This document shows, piece after piece, positions 27,114-36,324 of a stretch of DNA of 64,000 nucleotides (its first letter is position 1; every line of letters begins with the position of its first letter). A model generated the notes under the pieces. The model searched no databases. It was not told the origin of the DNA and saw nothing but the letters and a program-made list of their open reading frames with translations. The stretch spans positions 2,496,001 to 2,560,000 of the forward strand of contig OY970192.1 in NCBI GenBank assembly GCA_963708135.1, read 5' to 3'. This stretch comes from an uncultured Gemmatimonadales bacterium. Its GTDB lineage: Bacteria; Gemmatimonadota; Gemmatimonadetes; Longimicrobiales; RSA9. The translations under genes were made by a program, and so were the position numbers.

Positions 27114-29144
27114 TCAGGGCCCTCGCCCCGCCGCCCTGCCGCGGAGAAACGCCTCGAGCCCGCGCAGATGCGCCTCGGCGATCCGCTCCTGCACGCCGGG
27201 GTCGCGCAGCGCGGCCTCCTGCCGCGGGACCATCAGGAACATGGTCTCGGTGAGCACCGCGGGCATCCACGTGGGCCGCACGAGGGCGAGGTCCGCACGG
27301 CCGACGCCCAGGTCTCTCGTCCCGAGCTCCGCGACCAGCGCGGCATCGAGCGAGCGTGCCAGGTCGGCGGACTGCGGCCAGAAGTAGTAGTCGCTCGTGC
27401 CCGTGTTCGGAAACGGGTTCACCCCGTTGGGCAGCCCGTTGTTGTGGATCGAGAGCAGCAGGTCGGCGCTGTCGCGCACGGCCAGCGTGGGGCGCGCGTT
27501 GAGCGGCACGGCGCTCGAGTCGGTGCGGGTCATGATCACCTGCGCCCCGGCCTTCTCGAGGAGCGGCCGGAGCTTCAGTGCGACCGCCAGGTTGGCGTCC
27601 CGCTCCCGGTAGCGCGTGGGCCCGGTCGCGCCGCCCGGCGGGTGGCCCGGGTCCACGACGATGCGCAGCCCGCGCAGCGGGTGCTCGGAATCGATGTCGG
27701 GCGGGCGGCGCAACCGCACGACGAGGTCTCCGTTCTGCGCGAAGAACGCCAGGTAGCCCCACACGGGCCGCGAGAGGTGCAGCGTCAGCGTGTAGACGCT
27801 GTCCTGCGGCTGGCTCCACTGCGCCAGTGTAAGGAGCGGGTCGAGCGCGCCGTACTGCATGTAGTTGGTGTTCGTCGTGGCGCCGTAGAGCGTGACGCTG
27901 AGCGTGCTCGCGCCCTCCTTCACCTGGAACGGCAGCCGCCGGCCGGTGGCCAGCCGGACGTCGATCCACTTCGGGGTGGGTGTCATGCGCACTGTGTTGA
28001 CCAGCGCGGACGGCGGCGGCGTGCCGATCGGGAGCAGCTTCACGTCCTCCGTCGGGACCCAGACGTCTCTGCGCGCCGCGAGGTGCACCCGGAAGTAGCC
28101 ACGCCGCTCGCCCGTGAGGGTGAGCGGCGTGCCGTCCGGGAAGAACCAGTTGTACGGCCCGCCCGTCGTGGCCTGGGCGACGACGAGCCCGTGCGGATCC
28201 GGCGAGGGCGCCTCCTCCGCCAGCCCCACGCGGGCGCCGCCCGCGACCACGGCCAGCGTGAGGGGGAGCGGCGCGCGCGCGGTGTCCGTCCCCACGACCA
28301 GCTCGAGCGTCGCGGCGCGCGCCGTGTCCGGCACCGTCGCCAGCGCCGGCTGCGCGCCGGGCTTGCCGCCCCGGAGCGGGCGCGCGCCGAAGGCGCCGCT
28401 GTAGCGCGCCACCCCCGGCTGCGGCCGGGCGCTGAAGCCGGCCGGATTGCCGAAGTTCTCGTTCCCCGTGTTCGGCCCCTCGTACACCACGGCGGGCGCG
28501 AGCGGCACCCGGCGGCCGTCGGGCAGGATCAGCGCGGCCGTGCCCCCGGGCGTGCCGCGGAAGGAAACCTCGACCGGCTCGTCCGGCAGCGCCGTCCAGC
28601 TGCCATCGGGCGTGATGGTGCCGGTCAGGATCGTGGCCGAGTCCGGGGAGAGCGCGACCGGCGGCCCCGGCACCTTCACGCTCCGCTCGAGCCGCGCCGT
28701 GTCCGCCCCCGTCGTGGCGACGAGGTGGTAGACGCCGCCGGACGGGACCGGAAGCCAGGCGAGGAAGGTGCCGTTCGGCTCGACCGGCACCGGCGTGCCG
28801 TTGATCGCGAGCCTCGCCTGGCCGGTCCCGACGCTGCCGTAGATGAACGTCGAGTCGCGGACCGGCAGGGCCTCTCCCTCGCCCGGCGCCACCACGTCGA
28901 TCGACAGCGGACCGGTGCGCACCGGGATCGGCGGCAACGCCCGCTTCTCGGCCGCGGCGGTCGGCCGCGGCGCGGGCGCTGCCGGCGGCGCCTTGGCGCA
29001 GGCGCCGAGCATGAGCGCGGCAGCGGCGGCCGCCGCAGCCAGTCCGCGCCCGGGACCCCTGGAGTGGTGCGGGCTGGATCCGGTGGCCGGACCGGCTGCG
29101 GGGGGGCGCGTCGCCTGCGGGATCTGCGGCTCTGGTGCGTTCAT
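27114..29144 (-). CDS. N-acetylmuramoyl-L-alanine amidase (Amidase_3), lipoprotein with a large N-terminal beta-rich region
   Basis: Lipobox LMLGAC; C-terminal IVVDPGH, ERDANL, MTR, LSIHNN, PAVLTETMF zinc-amidase motifs. Confidence 0.9.
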   Translation of the reverse strand: MNAPEPQIPQATRPPAAGPATGSSPHHSRGPGRGLAAAAAAAALMLGACAKAPPAAPAPRPTAAAEKRALPPIPVRTGPLSIDVVAPGEGEALPVRDSTFIYGSVGTGQARLAINGTPVPVEPNGTFLAWLPVPSGGVYHLVATTGADTARLERSVKVPGPPVALSPDSATILTGTITPDGSWTALPDEPVEVSFRGTPGGTAALILPDGRRVPLAPAVVYEGPNTGNENFGNPAGFSARPQPGVARYSGAFGARPLRGGKPGAQPALATVPDTARAATLELVVGTDTARAPLPLTLAVVAGGARVGLAEEAPSPDPHGLVVAQATTGGPYNWFFPDGTPLTLTGERRGYFRVHLAARRDVWVPTEDVKLLPIGTPPPSALVNTVRMTPTPKWIDVRLATGRRLPFQVKEGASTLSVTLYGATTNTNYMQYGALDPLLTLAQWSQPQDSVYTLTLHLSRPVWGYLAFFAQNGDLVVRLRRPPDIDSEHPLRGLRIVVDPGHPPGGATGPTRYRERDANLAVALKLRPLLEKAGAQVIMTRTDSSAVPLNARPTLAVRDSADLLLSIHNNGLPNGVNPFPNTGTSDYYFWPQSADLARSLDAALVAELGTRDLGVGRADLALVRPTWMPAVLTETMFLMVPRQEAALRDPGVQERIAEAHLRGLEAFLRGRAAGRGP

Positions 29145-29219
29145 CGGCTCTCGGCGATCGGGGAACGGGACGCAGCCACCATGCACGGGGCCTTTCCGTG
29201 CGGCGCCGGCTGACCGGAC

Positions 29220-29235
29220 GGCAAACCCGGTGCCG
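29220..29235 (-). promoter_or_regulatory. Possible sigma54 promoter for the amidase
   Basis: Minus strand CGGCACCGGGTTTGCC has correct -24 GG/-12 GC spacing, about 75 bp upstream of the start. Confidence 0.45.
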
Positions 29236-29306
29236 TGCGCCGCTGTGGCCCGGCCGACCGCAGCGGTGCCGGCGGCATGACGGCGCCCTTCACCGCGGTC
29301 ACTGGA

Positions 29307-30941
29307 TCAGGGCGTCCCACCCGCTCCGCTGGCATAGCCGGCGGGGCATGCTTCCAGGGACGCCCCCGCCCCGGGCGACGGTGGCGGCGACCGCTGGGGC
29401 CCGGCAAGGATACCCAGGATCGCGCCGGTCTCCGCGCCGAAGCCCTGCAGCAGGCAGAACCAGCCGGGCTGCTGCTGCACCACCGGCAGGAGGTACGTGG
29501 TCGCGATCGCGTCGGTCTCATCGAAGACCACGTAGCGGGCGCCCGCTTCGCGCGCGCGCGCCAGGAACTCGCCCGGATCCCGCGTGAACGGCAGAGTGCG
29601 GCCGCGGTGACCGCTGTAGACATAGAAGAGGCGCGGCTTGCGCGAGAGCACCACCGCGCCCGGCGGCAGGTGCGTGCGGGACCAGTCGCCCATCTCGAAG
29701 AAGCCCTGCCACTGCGCGGGCAGGCAGGCCATCGGCCGGCCATCCCGGTACGCCGCGGTGCAGTAGCGACCGTTCTGGGCGGCCTGCGCGAGCGGTGGTA
29801 CCATGACCACCACCACCAGCGCCGTGGCCGCGGCGGCCACGGGCGCCGCCGCGCTGCGCCCCAGCCGGCCTATGCCGGCCACCAGGGCCTCCCCCGTGTA
29901 GGCCAGCAGGAGGGGCAGCACGGGAAGCAGGAATCGCTCGCCCGCCCAGACCGACGGCCAGATGAAGACCAGGCCCACGTACAGCGGGAAGAACGCCTCG
30001 GCCACTGCCGGGCGCCGCAGCCGCCGCAGCCACCCCACGAAGGCGAACACCGCGATTCCCGTCGAGACACCGAGGAACAGACCGCCCGTCTGGCTGAAGA
30101 GCAGCATGGGCAGCTGCGTGCCGATGTAGGCCTTCCCGTTGTCCCCCACCCGCTTCACCAGGTCGAGCGGGCCGATCAAGCCTCGCGCGGGGTCGTACGG
30201 GTCCACGTACAGGAAATAGCGCGCGTAGTCCACCCCATGGTGCAGGTGCGCCCGTAGCCACCAGAGGAAGGCCAGCGGCAGGATCACCGCAGCCAGCGCT
30301 GCCAGCTGGCGCCAGCGTCGGCGGTACGCCAGCCAGGCCAGCGAGGCGACGGCGAGCGGCAGGCCGGCGGAACGTGTGAAGTACGCCAGCAGGGTCGCCG
30401 CGATGGCCAGGGCGAGCCGGCCCCCGCCCCGTCGCGGCAGCCGCTGCCACCCCCACAGCGCCAGCATGGTGAAGAACCAGAACGGCACGTCGGAGAGCTC
30501 GAGGTGCGAGAGCCGCAGCACCCCGGGCGCGAGCGCCACCAGAAGCGCGGCCGCCACTGCCACCCACGGCCGACCGCGACGACGCAGAAACAGGTACGTG
30601 AAGCCCACCGCCAGTGCGGAGAAGCCGATGGTCAGCACCTTCAGCTGCACCCACGAGCGGATGCCCACCAGCGAGGCCCCGGCGATGATCAGCGGAAAGA
30701 CGGGCGGGTATTGGGTGTGGACCGGCAGCGCCGGGTCGTAGAGGTCGCGGTACGCGTGCAGCTGCAGGAGCGAGCGGGCGAGCACCACGTAACCTGCGTT
30801 GTCCCCACCCGTGAACGGCGTGGGGTCGAACACCCACCCGGCCACGGCGAGATGCACCAGCACGAGGCCCCCAGCCAGGGCGAGCGGCGGGATGCGACGC
30901 GGCAGCGTCGCGAGCCCCGCCCCGTCCGGCCTGGCCGCCAC
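29307..30941 (-). CDS. GT-C fold membrane glycosyltransferase (ArnT/GT39-like)
   Basis: GTG start with GGAGG RBS; many TM helices; GGDNAGY in the first loop, YPP, LSDVPF, TRSAG, ERFLLP. Confidence 0.78.
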   Translation of the reverse strand: MAARPDGAGLATLPRRIPPLALAGGLVLVHLAVAGWVFDPTPFTGGDNAGYVVLARSLLQLHAYRDLYDPALPVHTQYPPVFPLIIAGASLVGIRSWVQLKVLTIGFSALAVGFTYLFLRRRGRPWVAVAAALLVALAPGVLRLSHLELSDVPFWFFTMLALWGWQRLPRRGGGRLALAIAATLLAYFTRSAGLPLAVASLAWLAYRRRWRQLAALAAVILPLAFLWWLRAHLHHGVDYARYFLYVDPYDPARGLIGPLDLVKRVGDNGKAYIGTQLPMLLFSQTGGLFLGVSTGIAVFAFVGWLRRLRRPAVAEAFFPLYVGLVFIWPSVWAGERFLLPVLPLLLAYTGEALVAGIGRLGRSAAAPVAAAATALVVVVMVPPLAQAAQNGRYCTAAYRDGRPMACLPAQWQGFFEMGDWSRTHLPPGAVVLSRKPRLFYVYSGHRGRTLPFTRDPGEFLARAREAGARYVVFDETDAIATTYLLPVVQQQPGWFCLLQGFGAETGAILGILAGPQRSPPPSPGAGASLEACPAGYASGAGGTP

Positions 30942-31033
30942 GGCACCTCCGGCGCCCTGGCGGCGCGTCCTTCTCGCTCCCCCATCCTTTCCCGACGGCG
31001 CCCGTCCGCCGCCGCGCGAGCCGCGGCCTGCGC

Positions 31034-32485
31034 TCACGCGACTCCCGCCAGCCGCCGCGCCGCCGCCTCCTGCATGAGCGCCTCCCCACCCCACGCACCC
31101 AGCACGTGCCGCCCCGGCATCTGCGCCGCAAGCCGCGGATGCGCGAAGAGCACCACCCGCGCCTCCGGGCGCGCCCCCACGGCCACCCGCACGGCCGCAA
31201 CGGACGCCTCCGAGAGCCCGGGCCGACCCTTCCACGCCCGGATGTCGGAGTAGACCGCCACGACGAGCGCCCGGCCGGCGTCCGCCGCAGCCACCGGCCG
31301 GGCGTCCAGCCCCGCCTCCCGGAGCGCCGCCGGGAACGCGTCCCGCGAGGGCGGCGGGTACGGCCCGCCGAGATCGTCGTCCACCGTCAGCACGTCCACA
31401 GTGCTGCCGGCATCCACCCGCGGCTCGCCCCGGACATCCACGATCGTGCGCTCCGCCACCCCGAGCGCCCACGCGCGGTCGTCGGCGGCGCCCCACGCCT
31501 CGCCCGTCTCGCCGGCCACCCGCGCCCCGGCCGCCTCCACCCGATCGACCGCCCGCGCGACCCGCTCCCGCGGGATCCTCTCGCCCAGCGCCGCCTCGAG
31601 CGCGGCGGCCACTTTATCCAGCCGGACTGGATAGAGCAGCGCATCGCAGCCCGCGGCGATCGCCCGGACCGCCGCCTGCGCCTCCCCCGCCCCGCCGCCG
31701 AGCACACCCTCCATCGTCAGCGCGTCCGTCACCACAAGCCCGTCGTAGCCGAGCTCCTCGCGCAGGAGGCCCGTGACGATGGCGGCCGACAGCGTGGCCG
31801 GCAGCCCTCCCGGATCGAGTGCCGGATAGGCGACGTGCGCGGTCATCATCGAGTCCACTCCCGCCGCGATCGCGTGCCGGAACGGCGCCAGGTCGAGCTC
31901 GAGCGGATCGCGGCCGTGCTCCACGCGAGGCAGCTCCGCGTGCGAGTCCGCCACGGTCCGGCCGTGCCCGGGGAAGTGCTTCGCGCAGGACAGCGCCCCG
32001 CCCGCCCGGCACCCCTCTATCCAGGCCGCGACGTGGCGCCCCACGTGCTCGGGATCCGTCCCGAACGCGCGGGTGCCCACGATCGGGTTCAGCGGCTCGA
32101 GGTCCACGTCCGCCACCGGCGCGTACACCCAGTTGACCCCCAGCGCGCGCGCCTCCCGCGCCGTCAGCTCGCCCGCCCGCCGGGTGACCTCCAGCTCGTC
32201 CAGCCATCCGAGCGCCGCCAGCGGCGGGAGCCGCGTGGCGCCCTCGAACTGCTGGCCGGCGCCGCGCTCCAGGTCCGCGCCGATCAGCAGCGGCCCCCGG
32301 GCGCGCGACTGCAGCTCGGAGCTCAGTGCCCGCACCGCGTCCGCCTTCCCGCCGAACAGGATGAAGCCCCCGACGCCGCGCGCGAGCCCGGCCTCGATCG
32401 CGGCCGCCTGGTCGCCGAACCCCTCCGCCGGGTCCCAGCGGAGCGCCGGGAACAGCAGCCGCGAGACCTCCACGCCGCCGCTCAC
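31034..32485 (-). CDS. nagZ: Beta-N-acetylglucosaminidase (GH3)
   Basis: GTG overlaps the upstream TGA; GADLERG, APVADV, NagZ signature KHFPGHGRTVADSH, PATLS, VTDAL.M. Confidence 0.9.
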   Translation of the reverse strand: MSGGVEVSRLLFPALRWDPAEGFGDQAAAIEAGLARGVGGFILFGGKADAVRALSSELQSRARGPLLIGADLERGAGQQFEGATRLPPLAALGWLDELEVTRRAGELTAREARALGVNWVYAPVADVDLEPLNPIVGTRAFGTDPEHVGRHVAAWIEGCRAGGALSCAKHFPGHGRTVADSHAELPRVEHGRDPLELDLAPFRHAIAAGVDSMMTAHVAYPALDPGGLPATLSAAIVTGLLREELGYDGLVVTDALTMEGVLGGGAGEAQAAVRAIAAGCDALLYPVRLDKVAAALEAALGERIPRERVARAVDRVEAAGARVAGETGEAWGAADDRAWALGVAERTIVDVRGEPRVDAGSTVDVLTVDDDLGGPYPPPSRDAFPAALREAGLDARPVAAADAGRALVVAVYSDIRAWKGRPGLSEASVAAVRVAVGARPEARVVLFAHPRLAAQMPGRHVLGAWGGEALMQEAAARRLAGVA

Positions 32486-33876
32486 GGCGCCGCGTCGCCG
32501 AACGGGTCGGGCAGCGCGAACGTCCGCACGCCCTCGCCCTCGAGCGCGAAATGGCCGCCCGTCTCCACCACGCGCATCCACCGCGCGGGCGAGTAGTTGC
32601 CGTGCAGCGTCATCGACGGCGTGGCGAGCAGCTCGCCGAGCCTGCCCTGGCGCGCGGCGTCCGCCGGCGCGAACGCGGACGACAGCACCGCGTACGTCAG
32701 CTCCGTGCGCACCCGCGCGAGCGGCGTCTCCTTCACCTGCCGCAGGTAGATGAACCCGTCGCCGAACGGCTCCGGGCGAGGCGCGATTCCCGGCCCGACC
32801 GTCCGGTCGCCACTGCCCTCCAGGTCCCGCACGTGGATGGCGCGCGCGGCCTCGTAGGCCACGTACCGGCCGTCGGCGGAGACGGCGGCGGGGAGCACGT
32901 TGCCGACGACCTCCACGGCGCGCGCCAGCTGGACTGGTGCCTTCCCCGGCCGCTCGGCCGTGAGCACGCCCTCCGACGCGCCGATCTTCGCGAAGCGACG
33001 GGTGGACGTGTAGCGCAGGATCACGCCGGACGAGGTCTCGAGCGAGAGCGCGCCCGCGGCGTCCGGGACGAGCGGCGCGCCACGCTCCTCCGCCAGCACG
33101 AGGAGCTGGCGGGCCACGCGCGCCAGGTCCGCCCGCGGCCCCCCGGCCAGGTAGCCGCGCAGCAGCCCTGCGTCCCGGTCCGACAGCGCCTGAAGCGCCG
33201 CGGCCTGCACCTCCGGCGCCCGGTCCTTCAGCGCGCCGCCCAGCAGCCGGAGCACGGCCTTCGGGTTCACCCGCTGCACCGGCCGGAAGGTCCGCCCGAG
33301 CGCCGCGGCCGAAGCCGCGCGCACCACCGGCGCCGGGTCGTCCAGCCCGAGCTCGAACGCATCGAGCGGCGGGCGGTCCAGCTCGCCCATCGCGAGCAGC
33401 GCCTGCGCACGCAGCCGGGCCGGCTCGGCGGCGCGCCCCGCGAACCGCCGGAGCGCCACGCCGTAGTCCAGACCCAGGTCGTGGCGGATCCCGTCCAGCG
33501 CCGCCCGCCGCTCCTTGGAGCCGGACGGCAACGAGAACGCGGCCCGCAGCCGCGCTCCCGCGGCCGTCTCCGCCGCCGACTCCTCGGGCGACGTACCGGA
33601 CAGCGACACCCCGCGGGCGACGTCCTCGATCGCCGCCGCCCCGATCGTCGCCTCGGCGCCGCCGGCCGCCGGCGCCGCCTTCGCGGCTGGTGTGGCCTTC
33701 GCCGCGGGGATGCCGTTCGCGGCCGCCGCGCCGGCCGGGGACGGGGCGGCCGCGCCGTCCGCCGCGCGGGCGGCGGCAGCCGCGGTCCCCGCGGCGGGCG
33801 GCGGCGGCGGCGGCTTCGGCGCGCAGGCCGCGGCGAGGAGGAGGAGGCTCGACAGGACGTTCAGCTTCGGCTTCAT
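32482..33876 (-). CDS. Hypothetical lipoprotein with HEAT-like repeats and a C-terminal beta-rich domain
   Basis: MKPKLNVLSSLLLLAAAC lipobox; LDDPAPVVRAASAAALG and LKDRAPEVQAAALQAL HEAT-like units; AVSADGRYVAYE blade-like motif. Confidence 0.7.
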   Translation of the reverse strand: MKPKLNVLSSLLLLAAACAPKPPPPPPAAGTAAAAARAADGAAAPSPAGAAAANGIPAAKATPAAKAAPAAGGAEATIGAAAIEDVARGVSLSGTSPEESAAETAAGARLRAAFSLPSGSKERRAALDGIRHDLGLDYGVALRRFAGRAAEPARLRAQALLAMGELDRPPLDAFELGLDDPAPVVRAASAAALGRTFRPVQRVNPKAVLRLLGGALKDRAPEVQAAALQALSDRDAGLLRGYLAGGPRADLARVARQLLVLAEERGAPLVPDAAGALSLETSSGVILRYTSTRRFAKIGASEGVLTAERPGKAPVQLARAVEVVGNVLPAAVSADGRYVAYEAARAIHVRDLEGSGDRTVGPGIAPRPEPFGDGFIYLRQVKETPLARVRTELTYAVLSSAFAPADAARQGRLGELLATPSMTLHGNYSPARWMRVVETGGHFALEGEGVRTFALPDPFGDAAP

Positions 33877-33896
33877 CTCGTGCGTCTCGATTCTCG

Positions 33897-35069
33897 TCAG
33901 CGGTTGCGCGGATCCGGCCGCCCCGCGGCGCCCGGCGTCCAGGAGCCGAGCACGCGCGGCCCGCGCGCACCCGTCGCCCCCGGCACGTTGCCCGGAATCC
34001 CGTGCACGTGCGCCCACGCCAGCGCGGCGAACGCCATCGCTTCCTTCGCGTCCGGATCGATCCCCAGCGCCTCGCCAGTCACCACCGGCACCGGCGCGAG
34101 GCCCTCCCGTACCATCTCCAGCAGCACCGGGTTCCGGGCGCCGCCGCCGGAGACGACGACCTCATCGATGCCCCGCGGCAGCGCCCAGCGACGCATCGCG
34201 TCCACGATGCTCCAGGCGGTGAGCGCGGTCAGGGTGGCGACAATGTCGTCCCAGCGCGCCTCGTCCGGCTCGCCTCCCTCGCGGGCGATGGCCTCCACGT
34301 AGGGACGGCCGAAGACCTCCCGCCCCGTCGACTTGGGCGGCGCCTGCGCGAAGAACGGAGCCGCCAGCAGCCGCTCGAGGAGCGCGCGATCGACCTTCCC
34401 CCGCCGCGCCCGCGCACCGTTCCGGTCGTAGCGCTCGCGACCATCCGTGGCCAGCTCCACCGCGGCGTCGATCGGCGCGTTGCCCGGACCGGTGTCGAAC
34501 GCCAGCAGCGGGCCCGCCTCGCCGCGCGGCGGCAGCCAGGTCAGGTTGCCCATCCCGCCGATGTTCTGGAGCACGCGGCGCCGGCCCGGCGCCGAGAAGA
34601 GGACCCGGTCCTGCCACGGGACGAGCGGCGCCCCCTGCCCGCCCGCCGCCACATCCCGCGCACGGAAGTCCGAGACGACCGGGATCCCCGTTCGCTCCGC
34701 GATGGTCGCGGGGTCGCCGAGCTGGAGCGTGGCGCCCCGCACACCGGCGACCGGCGGCTCGTGCCACACCGTCTGCCCGTGCGTCCCCACCACGTCCACG
34801 TCCTCCGGCCGGAGCCCCGCCTCCTCGATCACCGCGAGCGCCGATTCGGCCAGCCATTCCCCCAGCTCGGCGTGCAGCCGGCACAGCGCGGCCGCGGAGC
34901 CCGCCACGATCGCCTCGTGGATGCGCGCGCGCCGCGCCTCGGGATACGGTTCCGACCGGAAGGCCTCCAGGCGCCAGGAGAGCACCGCCTCCGAGCCCCC
35001 CTCGAACGTGCACAGCACCGCGTCGATGCCGTCCAGCGAGGTGCCGGACATGAGGCCGACGATTCTCAC
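33897..35069 (-). CDS. anmK: Anhydro-N-acetylmuramic acid kinase
   Basis: IVGLMSGTSLDGIDA, GTHGQTVWH, DFRARDVAAGGQGAPLVP, NIGGMGN, FDTGPGN, PPKSTGRE, SGGGARN, KEA. Confidence 0.96.
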   Translation of the reverse strand: MRIVGLMSGTSLDGIDAVLCTFEGGSEAVLSWRLEAFRSEPYPEARRARIHEAIVAGSAAALCRLHAELGEWLAESALAVIEEAGLRPEDVDVVGTHGQTVWHEPPVAGVRGATLQLGDPATIAERTGIPVVSDFRARDVAAGGQGAPLVPWQDRVLFSAPGRRRVLQNIGGMGNLTWLPPRGEAGPLLAFDTGPGNAPIDAAVELATDGRERYDRNGARARRGKVDRALLERLLAAPFFAQAPPKSTGREVFGRPYVEAIAREGGEPDEARWDDIVATLTALTAWSIVDAMRRWALPRGIDEVVVSGGGARNPVLLEMVREGLAPVPVVTGEALGIDPDAKEAMAFAALAWAHVHGIPGNVPGATGARGPRVLGSWTPGAAGRPDPRNR

Positions 35070-35239
35070 GCCACCCCTCCCCGGCCCGAGTGAGGGAGTG
35101 GGGGAGTGGCAGACTCCGGGCCAGCCCCGCGGCGCACGCCGGCCGCCGGGCCTCGCGCCCCGCGCGGCGCCCCGACCGCGCCGGCCACCGTGCACAGCGC
35201 CCGGCCGGAAACCGCCCGGAAGCCCTCTGGCCCGGCATT

Positions 35240-35307
35240 CGGAGTCCGCCGGAATCGGCGCCCGGTCCCCCACCCCGGAGTCCGCCGGAATCGGCGCCCG
35301 GTCCCCC
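35240..35307. repeat. Tandem direct duplication, 32-bp identical unit with 36-bp period
   Basis: cggagtccgccggaatcggcgcccggtccccc at 35240-35271 and 35276-35307, abutting the murQ stop. Confidence 0.9.
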
Positions 35308-36224
35308 TACGCATGCACGTCCCCCAGCACCCGCGACAGCACGCCGCCCGCCTCGTCCAGCCGGTGCCGCGCGTCGGCGAGCTCGACGCCCAGCCGCGCC
35401 ATGACGAGCGCGGTCTTCACGTGGCCGGCCGCCTGCTCGAGCAGCTCCTCGGCCTCGTCGCGCGTGATGCCGGTCGTCTCCACGAGGATCCGCTCGCCCC
35501 GGTCGCGCAGCTTCTCGCACGTGACCTGGAGGTCCACCATCAGGTTGCCGTAGACCTTGCCCAGCTTCACCATCGCGGACGTGCTGATCGTGTTCAGCAC
35601 CATCTTCGTCGCCGTGCCGGCCTTCATGCGCGTGGAGCCCGTGATCACCTCCGGGCCGACCAGCGGCGCGATCACCACGTCGTGCGTGTCCACCAGCTCC
35701 TGCGGGGGATAGGTGCAGAGCAGGAACCCGGTGCGCGCCCCCCGCTCGCGCGCGCGGGCGAGCGCGCCGTGGACGTAGGGCGTCGTGCCCGAGCTCGCGA
35801 TCCCGAGCACGAAGTCGTTCTCGTCCACCTCCCGTCGGTCGATCTCCGTGGCGCCATCCTCCGGGTGGTCTTCCGCGCCCTCCTGCGCCCGGACGAGCGC
35901 CTCACGGCCCCCGGCGATGATCCCCTGCACCAGCGCGGGGTCGGTCCGGTAGGTCGGCGGCATCTCCGCCGCGTCCAGGACGCCGAGGCGGCCGGACGTC
36001 CCGGCGCCGACGTAGAACAGGCGCCCGCCGCGGCGGAACGCCTCCACCACCAGGTCCACGCAGCGCGCGATCTCGCGCCGCTCCTCCCCCACCGCGGCGG
36101 CCACCATGCGGTCCTCCGCATTGATGAGGTCGACGATCTCCAGCGTGGACAGCTGGTCGATCCTCGTGCTGCGCGGGTTGCGCTGTTCCGTGAGCCGCGG
36201 GTCGAGCGGCTTCGCCTCGTCCAT
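35307..36224 (-). CDS. murQ: N-acetylmuramic acid 6-phosphate etherase
   Basis: TEQRNP, GAGTSGRLGVLDAAEMPPTY, EGAED, GPEVITGSTRMKAGTATKMVLN, NLMVD. Confidence 0.97.
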   Translation of the reverse strand: MDEAKPLDPRLTEQRNPRSTRIDQLSTLEIVDLINAEDRMVAAAVGEERREIARCVDLVVEAFRRGGRLFYVGAGTSGRLGVLDAAEMPPTYRTDPALVQGIIAGGREALVRAQEGAEDHPEDGATEIDRREVDENDFVLGIASSGTTPYVHGALARARERGARTGFLLCTYPPQELVDTHDVVIAPLVGPEVITGSTRMKAGTATKMVLNTISTSAMVKLGKVYGNLMVDLQVTCEKLRDRGERILVETTGITRDEAEELLEQAAGHVKTALVMARLGVELADARHRLDEAGGVLSRVLGDVHA

Positions 36225-36324
36225 CGTTTTGCCCGGCCTTGCCTTACGTTCCTGGGCCCGTCTAGATTGCGCGGGCCCTGAAGGTAACCGGGCCGTCGCG
36301 AATCCGGCAACGGGAGATCCGCCC

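Noticed and set aside
23766..29213. 1815-aa plus-strand ORF, and similar giant ORFs at 60-2348, 20941-23667 and 44669-48703
   Set aside because: Antisense shadows of well-supported genes. High GC3 suppresses stop codons, and the translations are R/G/A/P-rich with no motifs.
29307..33970. Long N-terminal extensions in the ORF track (29307-31496, 31034-33970, 33897-35273, 49800-51122, 53503-54978) suggesting fusion proteins
   Set aside because: The extensions overlap neighbouring real genes in other frames; downstream starts with an RBS or stop/start coupling fit better.
35240..35307. Possible mini CRISPR array
   Set aside because: Only two copies, a 4-bp gap instead of a spacer, and no cas genes.
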